Origin: Candidatus Thalassarchaeaceae archaeon
GTDB lineage: Archaea; Thermoplasmatota; Poseidoniia; Poseidoniales; Thalassarchaeaceae
Assembly (NCBI GenBank): GCA_030749075.1
Contig: JASMKR010000004.1
Coordinates: 15,232 to 79,231 of the forward strand
DNA length: 64,000 bases
Direction: 5' to 3'
Part shown: positions 24,897 through 32,250 of the stretch, piece after piece
Layout of the letters: every line of letters begins with the position of its first letter
Position numbering within the stretch: the stretch's first letter is position 1
Notes under the pieces: model-generated
The model's input: only the letters and a program-made list of their open reading frames with translations
Database searches by the model: none
Told to the model about the DNA's origin: nothing
Position numbers and translations under genes: made by a program

Positions 24897-27623
24897 ATGT
24901 CGGAGGATTCTGAGGAGTATCTAATCGTCGGCGACGATGAGCTAGATTCCACCCCCGATGAGGAGCAGCACCCTCTCAATATCTCCTCATTGCCTAAGCT
25001 CTCATCCCTCAGGCTGCCTCGGAGGCCTCGTTCGAAATCGGGGACCACGAGCGACCAACCCGCAGATGAGCCGCTGCCCGAGGAAACTTCGGAGATCTCG
25101 GACATCGGGCTGTCGCTGGACGGCGTGCACCGGTTCGACTGGACGATTCAGGGGATGGACTGCCCGGACTGCGCGATGAAGGCCACCCGGGCTGTGAACC
25201 GGCTTCCTGGAGTCGAGTCGTGCAGGATCTCAGTGGCAGACGGAACCGTGGAAATCTCCCAGGATATCGCCAGAGGCAGAGTGTCCAGGGCCTCGACAGT
25301 CTTGGGGAGCCTGGGGCACACTCCAAATGTGGGCTGGCTCCATGTCGTCGGGACCGACCCAGAGCGACTGGCCGCTGAGCAGGGTATCAGCAAAAAAATC
25401 CTCAAGGAGCAGATATTGGATGTCCCCAGCGTCCTGAACGTGCGGCTCAATCGAGGAATCGTGGAGGTCCAGAGCCTGTGGCTACGGGACGCTGATCTCA
25501 GGGAGGCTTCTGAGCAGAAGCTTGCAGGGATCCTCGGCCCCGGATTCAAGACGGCCCCATCTCGCAGAGATAGGTTCCGCAAAGACCAGAAACAGCTTCT
25601 CTCGGCTGCGCTGACAATCCCACTCATCATCATCGTGGCAGCAATGGAGGCGGCCCACAGCATCCCCGGGGCAGTCGCGGCGATAGTGGCACTTGTCGGA
25701 ATATTCCTCACCGGTCAGACGATGTACAAAGAGGCCCTAGCCAGCCTGCAGAACCGCATAGTCGGGTTCCAAGTCCTGACCACGCTCGCTGTGATAGGGG
25801 CCGTGGCATTGGGCGAATGGGTCGAGGCCCTGATGGTGGTCACTCTCGTTGCATTCGCCTCTCACTTGGAGAACAGGGCGCTTGTCCGGGCTAGGGATTC
25901 AATGCAAGGGGGTCTGGACCGACTTCCACGAACCGCCCGCATCCACACTCCAGAATCACCCGCAGAAGGGGGCGAGCGCGTCCTGAAGGTGATTCAGACG
26001 GGTTCCTCACTGACGCTGGCGAATTGCCACAGCAGTGACCTCGTCCCTGTCGAGGCACTGGAGGTCGGCGAACTCGTCGAGGTCCGCTCGGGGGAGACGG
26101 TTCCCGTCGATGGAACCATCGTCGAGGGCGTTGGCGCCATCGACCGCGCCCCTCTCACTGGGGAACCCATCCCCATATCGGTGAAGGAGGGAGACTCGGT
26201 GGAGGCGGGCCTGGTCTTGGTACGAGGTCCCTTGGTTATCAAGTCGGAAGCGAGCGGGGACGGCACCCGCCTTTCTAGCCTGATCGACCTGGTCAGGCTG
26301 TACAAGGACCAGCCAACCAGGACCCAGAGCGTCATCGAGAGATTCACGATGTTCTGGACCCCTCTCGTAGTATTCGCCGCCCCGATTATCGCCTTCTTGT
26401 TCACGGACTCGACCGAACAGGCGATCCTGACAACCCTGCTTCTATGGGTCGTCTCCTGCCCCTGCTCCCTGCTTCTCGCCTCCCCGGTTCCCCACGCAGC
26501 CGCCCTCACCTCCGCATCGTCCTTCGGCCTCATCGCCAGAGGAGGGGGCATATTGGAGGCGGCCGCCGAGATTAATCTGGCGATGCTGGATAAGACGGGT
26601 ACGCTGACCAGCGGGCAGCCCAGCCTCTCGGGAATAACTCCAGCCAGCGGAGAGAACGAGGATCGCGCCCTGCGAATAGCCGCGGGGCTTGAAATCCGCT
26701 CGAACCACCCCTATGCCAGAACAATCCTCCAGGCCGCCGACCAGCGCACGCTGAAGCCGATGAGCGTGTCCGGCATCGCCGACGGCGATGCTGGGGTATC
26801 GGGCCGATTGAGGGGCAAGCCGGTGATGCTGGGGCGTGCCGACTGGCTGCGGTCAGGGGGCGTCGAGATGCCAACCGATATCGAGGCCGCCCTCGCCTCG
26901 TCCCGAGAGGCCGGGCGCGGAGCGAGCGTCCTAGCAGTCGATGGAAAAGCCATCGCGGCCTTCGGCTTCTCTCACGATGACGCTAGGGAGGGAGTCCTGG
27001 AGGCCGTGGAGGCACTCAAGTCACAGGGCGTGAAGGTCGAGATCCTCAGTGGCGACGAGCAGGCCAGTGTCGAGGCCTTCGCGAAACTCATAGGGATTGA
27101 CCCAGCGATCTGCAGGGGTGGAGTGGACCCAGAAGGCAAGGCCGAGTATGTCTTAGAGAGGTCCTTGAGCGACCGCACCCTGATGGCCGGTGACGGCTTC
27201 AACGATGCGGGAGCTCTGGCGGCAGCGGACATCGGTGTTGCCGTTGGCAGCGGGGAGCAGGTCAACCTCGACGCCGCCGACGTGCTGATTCCCGGACGGG
27301 ATCCGCGAACCCTGCCCCGCTTGGTCACACTGGCCAAGCGGACTCGGCGCGTCGTTTATGCGAACATCGCAATCTCGGTCCTCGTCACCACCGCGCTGGT
27401 CTCCGCTGTTCTACTGGGCTTCGAGATGAAACTCGCCGCCGGCATCGCGCTCCACGAGACCAGTGCCATCCTGATTATTCTCAATGGGATGTGGGTATCC
27501 GGCTCGGGCGCGCAGAGGCTGTCCTCGCTGACCGAACTCGGTCGTGAACTAGTATCTGACCTTGCCGAGATAGTGGCCCTGCTGATGGGCAAGGGGCCGG
27601 GCGACACATCGTCGACCGCTTGA
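24897..27623 (+). CDS. heavy-metal-translocating P1B-type ATPase
   Basis: N-terminal HMA domain GMDCPDCAMKATRAVNRLPGV, TM CPC motif VVSCPCSLLLASP, DKTGTLT and GDGFNDAGALAAADIGVAVG. Metal specificity is not assignable by eye. Confidence 0.92.
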   Translation: MSEDSEEYLIVGDDELDSTPDEEQHPLNISSLPKLSSLRLPRRPRSKSGTTSDQPADEPLPEETSEISDIGLSLDGVHRFDWTIQGMDCPDCAMKATRAVNRLPGVESCRISVADGTVEISQDIARGRVSRASTVLGSLGHTPNVGWLHVVGTDPERLAAEQGISKKILKEQILDVPSVLNVRLNRGIVEVQSLWLRDADLREASEQKLAGILGPGFKTAPSRRDRFRKDQKQLLSAALTIPLIIIVAAMEAAHSIPGAVAAIVALVGIFLTGQTMYKEALASLQNRIVGFQVLTTLAVIGAVALGEWVEALMVVTLVAFASHLENRALVRARDSMQGGLDRLPRTARIHTPESPAEGGERVLKVIQTGSSLTLANCHSSDLVPVEALEVGELVEVRSGETVPVDGTIVEGVGAIDRAPLTGEPIPISVKEGDSVEAGLVLVRGPLVIKSEASGDGTRLSSLIDLVRLYKDQPTRTQSVIERFTMFWTPLVVFAAPIIAFLFTDSTEQAILTTLLLWVVSCPCSLLLASPVPHAAALTSASSFGLIARGGGILEAAAEINLAMLDKTGTLTSGQPSLSGITPASGENEDRALRIAAGLEIRSNHPYARTILQAADQRTLKPMSVSGIADGDAGVSGRLRGKPVMLGRADWLRSGGVEMPTDIEAALASSREAGRGASVLAVDGKAIAAFGFSHDDAREGVLEAVEALKSQGVKVEILSGDEQASVEAFAKLIGIDPAICRGGVDPEGKAEYVLERSLSDRTLMAGDGFNDAGALAAADIGVAVGSGEQVNLDAADVLIPGRDPRTLPRLVTLAKRTRRVVYANIAISVLVTTALVSAVLLGFEMKLAAGIALHETSAILIILNGMWVSGSGAQRLSSLTELGRELVSDLAEIVALLMGKGPGDTSSTA

Positions 27624-27627
27624 TTAA

Positions 27628-28041
27628 GTGGATGCAGTTGGGCCCGATGTGGCATCACCGCCCGAAGTCGAGTCCAAGCACGCCCCCCCATTGGTGGAAT
27701 GCCCCAATTGCGACCACATGCTGCCCCAAGGTATGGGAGAGGTGGAATGCGATATCTGCGGGGCCGTCTGCAGAGTGAGCCACGAGCCGACGATGGAGAC
27801 GCTCAAGGGCGAGTCGGTCCAGTGCCCACACTGCGCCACCGTGGTCGTGGCCGGCACCGAGAAGAGGCCGGTGGAGCTGACCTGCGCCTCGTGCTCGGGG
27901 ATTTTCGTCATCACGAGAAAGATAGTCAAGGTCGAGATAGGGTGCCCGGGCTGCCAGAGCCAGCTCAGGATTCGCCCGCGTCCGGGCAAGCGCGAGCTGA
28001 GATGCCCCTCCTGCTCCAATTCCTTCAACGTCACATTCTGA
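27628..28041 (+). CDS. triple zinc-ribbon protein (six CxxC pairs)
   Basis: GTG start 4 nt after the ATPase stop. Three ribbons: CPNC...CDIC, CPHC...CASC and CPGC...CPSC. Confidence 0.65.
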   Translation: MDAVGPDVASPPEVESKHAPPLVECPNCDHMLPQGMGEVECDICGAVCRVSHEPTMETLKGESVQCPHCATVVVAGTEKRPVELTCASCSGIFVITRKIVKVEIGCPGCQSQLRIRPRPGKRELRCPSCSNSFNVTF

Positions 28042-28092
28042 CGCTAGAAGGTCCGAACCCGGTGGTATCGGGGATTCTAGGGGTGGCCCCAG

Positions 28093-28752
28093 TCATCGCT
28101 CAGGCAGTCCCTGCCGTTCCATCCTGGCAAGGGGGCCTGTGGGTCGGAGAATGGTCTTGGCCGTGCAGTCCTTGGACTCGTGGCCTATCCTCTTGCATCT
28201 CGCGCAGATGACGTTCTTGAGCATTAGATGCCTGGTGTTCCTCCTCTTGGCATCCTCTGCAGTCATCTCCCTTTCGGGCTTGATTACCGTCTTCGAGCCG
28301 TCTGGGTGGACTTTGATTACCGTACCGTCCTTCTTCTTGGTGCGGCCCACGACCTTCTTCCCCTTCGACCTCCTCTTGGGCTTGGGCTTCGGTCGATAGA
28401 CCCACGACTTCTTGGTGATGGTGACCCCATCGACGGTGGTCTTGTTGCGGCAGCTGGTACGGATATGGCCCGGCCTTCCGCACCTGCCGCAGGTTACTTT
28501 CCTCTTCGTCTGGATGTATGGCCCCCCTCGCACCTTGCTGGCGCCATGCTTCTTGATCATGCGCTCAGCGATTTTCTTCTCATCGGATTTCTTCACGTTA
28601 CTGAGGTAACTGACGACCCGCTTCGGCTTGTGCTTTTTCGTCCACTTGGCCTCCTTGCCCAAGACGTGCTGCTTCAGCCTCCTCTCGCCGTCGGCAGTCC
28701 TCCCGACGTAGTAGTTGCCGCCCTCACATTCGAGAACGTATACGTCCACCAT
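28093..28752 (-). CDS. GIY-YIG nuclease-domain protein with two CCHC zinc knuckles and Lys-rich linkers
   Basis: VYVLECEGGNYYVGRTADGERRLKQH...KW is a GIY-YIG N-terminal motif. CGRCGRPGHIRTSC and CARCKRIGHESKDC both fit C-x2-C-x4-H-x4-C. The track ORF extends to 28794; I prefer ATG 28752 (MVDVYVLE). Confidence 0.7.
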   Translation of the reverse strand: MVDVYVLECEGGNYYVGRTADGERRLKQHVLGKEAKWTKKHKPKRVVSYLSNVKKSDEKKIAERMIKKHGASKVRGGPYIQTKRKVTCGRCGRPGHIRTSCRNKTTVDGVTITKKSWVYRPKPKPKRRSKGKKVVGRTKKKDGTVIKVHPDGSKTVIKPEREMTAEDAKRRNTRHLMLKNVICARCKRIGHESKDCTAKTILRPTGPLARMERQGLPER

Positions 28753-28869
28753 GGTATTCCGAGGGAAGCCACTCCGGATTATATTGACCCTCATCGGTAA
28801 GCAATGGGATTGTAGGACTGAGGTCAGATGAGGGGCTCCGCTTCTTGATCTGTCTGAAATTACTCTCAG

Positions 28870-30084
28870 ATGAGGCCGAACTCACGCTGGTTCGCCACTT
28901 CAATAGTCCTTCGAAACCGTGTTTATCGCCCGATTTGGACCCTCCGCTCTCAAATACCCCGAAACGCGCGTAGACTTGGGGATGGGCACTTGAGTGAGAG
29001 CAAGTCACCGGATGCGGACAATGCCGAGGGCATCGACGAACTCGATGCGATTAGGGCCCAGCACGCACGCTCCTCCTCTGGGACGCCTCACTCTTCGAGG
29101 GCACGGGAGCGTTTGGATGAGGAGTCGAACCTGCGATCTGGGATACGAAGGGAGCGCAGGATGCGTATCGCGAAGATGACCGAACGGGTCTCGGGGATGC
29201 ACGGTGCGATGAGGAAGGCCAACGAGATACTCTTCGAGGAGCAGCTCCAGCAGATCGAGGCCGATCTCAGGGACGAGCTCGAGGAGGAGCTCGAGAGGCT
29301 GGAGACGGAGGCGCTGGAGCGCGAGGAGCGTCTGCTGCGCGAGGAGATGCTGCACAGGCTGCGCCGCGAGGAGAACAGGCTAAGGGAACAGCTCGACTTG
29401 GAGAGGGACCGCAGGGTGGAGGCTCATTCCACCAAGGTGCGCGACCGGCTCCGAGAGGAGATGGAGGTCGAGTTCTCTAGGAGGAGGGCCTTCCTCGAGG
29501 AGCGCTTGGAGCTCGAAGCCTCACAGAGCATCGAGCGCATGGAGCGAAGGGTCCAGATGGACCTGCGCGAGGCGATGGAGTCCCAGGTTCACAGGAAGTT
29601 GGATGCCCATCGCCTGGACCAGGAGATCCAGATGCGCAACAGAATCGCCAAGAAGCGAAGGAAGCACGAGTCGAAGTTAGAGAAGCAGCTCGAGAGCGAG
29701 CGCGAATCGCTGGAGAAGGAGATGACCTCAGACATCGATGAGAGGACCAAGGCGCTGGAGGAGGAGGCCGAGCGGGCAGCGCTGGGCGAACTCGATCGCA
29801 GGTTCCGTACCGAGCGCGAGACCATGGAAGCGGCTCTGGCGCTACGACGACAGGAACTCGCCCTGGAGCGCGAGGTCGAGATGGAGCAACGAGTAGCCGA
29901 CTTTGTCAAGCAGCGGGAGTCAGAGATGATGTCCAACCTCGAGAAGCAGCTCTCTAAGCGCTCCGACCTGTCGAAGAAGGAGGTCGGGGAGATGCTCAAG
30001 GCCATGGAGTCCGAGATCAGGGTCAAGATGGAGGCAGCCCTGCTGGACGCCCGACAGAGCGTTATGGAGAAATCCAACTCATAG
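28870..30084 (+). CDS. Glu/Arg-rich coiled-coil protein (start uncertain)
   Basis: About 300 aa of uninterrupted charged heptad-like sequence, e.g. EELERLETEALEREERLLREEMLHRLRREENRLREQLDLERDRR. No TM helix and no enzymatic motif. Later in-frame starts (TTG about 28992, ATG about 29161) are possible. Confidence 0.6.
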   Translation: MRPNSRWFATSIVLRNRVYRPIWTLRSQIPRNARRLGDGHLSESKSPDADNAEGIDELDAIRAQHARSSSGTPHSSRARERLDEESNLRSGIRRERRMRIAKMTERVSGMHGAMRKANEILFEEQLQQIEADLRDELEEELERLETEALEREERLLREEMLHRLRREENRLREQLDLERDRRVEAHSTKVRDRLREEMEVEFSRRRAFLEERLELEASQSIERMERRVQMDLREAMESQVHRKLDAHRLDQEIQMRNRIAKKRRKHESKLEKQLESERESLEKEMTSDIDERTKALEEEAERAALGELDRRFRTERETMEAALALRRQELALEREVEMEQRVADFVKQRESEMMSNLEKQLSKRSDLSKKEVGEMLKAMESEIRVKMEAALLDARQSVMEKSNS

Positions 30085-30144
30085 GCTAATGCCGTTCCAA
30101 TCGCTTACCGATTCGTTCAAAGGTAAGACTCAGTGCGACGGACG

Positions 30145-30198
30145 CCCCGGAGAAACCGGGGGAAGAGGTCCTCCGGGGACCGGGTTTTGTTGTTATTT
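30145..30198 (+). terminator. two GC hairpins followed by a T-rich tract between convergent genes
   Basis: ccccgg-agaaa-ccgggg (30145-30161) and ggtcc-tccgg-ggacc (30167-30181), followed by gggttttgttgttatttcc. Lies between the coiled-coil gene stop (30084) and the stop of the minus-strand parA-like gene (30241). Confidence 0.35.
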
Positions 30199-30240
30199 CC
30201 CGGCCCAGGCCCTTCTCCCACATAGAGAGCAGTCGCCAGC

Positions 30241-31143
30241 CTATGCTTCGTCAATCGCTCTTATCCTAGCATCTGCCTCCTTGGCGAAATCCCAGTATGC
30301 CATACTCGCGGGGTTGGATTTGGTCGGCTTCTGCGCGATTACGATAGGAGCTCCCTCCAAGGGCGACTCTGCGATTGCCACCGAGCGCGGTATCTGCGTC
30401 TCGAAAACCCTGTCACCGAAGTGCTTGCGCGCCTGCTCGGTCACTGCCTCACACAACTTGCTCCTCGACTGCACCATTGTAAGCAGGATTCCGAATAGCC
30501 CGAGGTCCGGGTTCACCGACCTCTGGACCTCCTTGATGGCGTTCATCAGTTGCCCCATGCCCTCCAAGGCGTAGAACTCGGCTTGGATCGGTATCAGGAC
30601 CCACTCGGCTGCGGCTAGGGCATTGATGGTCAGCAGCCCCAGTGACGCTGGTGTGTCGATGATGATTACATCGAAGGTCCCCAAGGCCTCCCGCAGGGCG
30701 AGCCTGAGTCGATTCTCCCTGCCCACCCTCGTGGCTAGGTCGACCTCTATGCCGGACAGGTCGAGGTCGGCGGGCAGGACCCAGAGGTTACGTATGGCGA
30801 TGTGCTTCGGGGGGCCGCGCTTTCTGTCCGGGTTGTGGCTCTTCCATGCCGCGTACATCGACCTCGTGAGGATCTCGGGCCCCAGAATGCAGTCGTCCAG
30901 CGCGAGCGAGTCGTCATCCAACCCCTTGGAGAAAAGCTCGTCCATGGTGGGCCCCACGTTTCGCTTGTCCACCCCGAAGGTAGTGGCTACGTTCCCCTTC
31001 GGGTCCATGTCGACCAGTAGCACCCTCCTGCGGCGGATTCCGTATTCGGTGCTTCCCATCGCGAGGGCGGAGGCGAGGTTGACCGCGGTAGTGGTACGCG
31101 AGCAGCCGCCCTTGTGGTTGACGCAGGCGATGACTATGGCCAC
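30241..31143 (-). CDS. ParA/Soj-like protein with a non-canonical Walker A (KGGCSRTT)
   Basis: GTG start. (M)AIVIACVNHKGGCSRTTTAVNLASALA, VLLVDMDPKGN, VIIIDTPASLG and VLIPIQAEFYALEG are colinear with the ParA at 7637. I checked the nucleotides: tgc tcg cgt acc sits where ggc aag acc is expected. Confidence 0.85.
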   Translation of the reverse strand: MAIVIACVNHKGGCSRTTTAVNLASALAMGSTEYGIRRRRVLLVDMDPKGNVATTFGVDKRNVGPTMDELFSKGLDDDSLALDDCILGPEILTRSMYAAWKSHNPDRKRGPPKHIAIRNLWVLPADLDLSGIEVDLATRVGRENRLRLALREALGTFDVIIIDTPASLGLLTINALAAAEWVLIPIQAEFYALEGMGQLMNAIKEVQRSVNPDLGLFGILLTMVQSRSKLCEAVTEQARKHFGDRVFETQIPRSVAIAESPLEGAPIVIAQKPTKSNPASMAYWDFAKEADARIRAIDEA

Positions 31144-31183
31144 GCCACGGAGTCCGCGATGCGGTTAATTGGGGTTGTCCAGG

Positions 31184-32170
31184 CTACTGGATCACCGGGA
31201 CGACTACTTCACCGAGGATCTTGTTCACGATGCGCTTCCCCGTGACGCCCCTGATCTTGGACTCGGGCTTGAGCACTATCCTGTGGCTGATGACGTCTAG
31301 GGACACGCCCTTGACGTCGTCGGGAATCACGTAGTCGCGCCCGTCGATCGCCGCCGAGGCCCTGGCCGCCTTGAACAGAGACTGGCTGGCTCGGGGTGAG
31401 GCCCCCGCCTCGATGCGCGGATCTGCGCGGGTGCGCTGCACGAGCTCGACGATGTAGCCCATAATCGCGGGATCGACGTGAACGGTCTCGAGCGCCCGCT
31501 GCATCGCGACCACCTTCCGTGGGCCGACCACCTGCTCGACGTCGTAGTCGTCCTTGCCTCGGAGCTTCCTGCGCTGGAGGATTGCCTTCTCCTCCTCTCT
31601 GGTGGGGTAGCCCATGCTCATCTTCATCAGGAACCGATCCATCTGAGCCTCGGGAAGCGGGTAGGTGCCCTCCTGCTCTATCGGGTTCTGGGTCGCCATG
31701 GTGCAGAATGGGGCGGGCAGTTTGTGCGTGATGCCCTCGATGGTGACCTGCTTCTCCTCCATGGCCTCCAGAAGGGCTGCTTGAGTCTTGGGCGGTGCCC
31801 GGTTGATTTCATCGGCCAGCAGGACGTTGGTGAAAAGGGGCCCGAAACGGGGCTTGAACTCGCCGGTCTTCTGGTCGAACATATAGGTCCCGATGATATC
31901 GGCGGGAAGCAGGTCGGGGGTGAACTGGACTCGCTTGAACTTGCATCCGAGCGCTCTGGCGAAGGTGTTTGCCATCAGCGTCTTGGCTAGGCCGGGGTTG
32001 TCCTCGATGAGGATGTTCCCGTTGGACAGGACTCCAATGGTGACCTTGCGAATGTTCTCCGGCTTCCCTATGATGACCTTGGCCACCTCGCTCATGAGGT
32101 TGTTCGAGTGACCGGAGACTGACCTGATGAGATCCTTGGAGCTAACTGTGCCGCCTTGAGCGATTGTCAT
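31184..32170 (-). CDS. moxR: MoxR-family AAA+ ATPase
   Basis: GNILIEDNPGLAKTLMANTFARALGCKFKRVQFTPDLLPADIIGT...LLADEINRAPPKTQAALLEAMEE is the canonical MoxR pattern. Confidence 0.9.
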   Translation of the reverse strand: MTIAQGGTVSSKDLIRSVSGHSNNLMSEVAKVIIGKPENIRKVTIGVLSNGNILIEDNPGLAKTLMANTFARALGCKFKRVQFTPDLLPADIIGTYMFDQKTGEFKPRFGPLFTNVLLADEINRAPPKTQAALLEAMEEKQVTIEGITHKLPAPFCTMATQNPIEQEGTYPLPEAQMDRFLMKMSMGYPTREEEKAILQRRKLRGKDDYDVEQVVGPRKVVAMQRALETVHVDPAIMGYIVELVQRTRADPRIEAGASPRASQSLFKAARASAAIDGRDYVIPDDVKGVSLDVISHRIVLKPESKIRGVTGKRIVNKILGEVVVPVIQ

Positions 32171-32250
32171 GAAGAGTCCTCGAACGTCCCGAGGCCGTTT
32201 CGATGACTACTTGAGTGTTCGGGACCTGTGAACACCGGTTGTCTCAGATA

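Noticed and set aside
28228-28800. 190-aa plus-strand ORF opposite the GIY-YIG gene.
   Set aside because: Leu/Pro/Gly-rich translation with no motifs, while the minus strand carries clear GIY-YIG and CCHC motifs.
29111-29160. tRNA-like fragment (ggagtcgaacctgcgatctggg resembles the reverse complement of a T-arm/acceptor region), considered as a possible integration scar (att site).
   Set aside because: The T-stem would pair only 3 bp, and no acceptor stem or CCA context exists. It matches neither tRNA in the window and lies in-frame in the coiled-coil ORF. No integrase or direct repeat partner was found.
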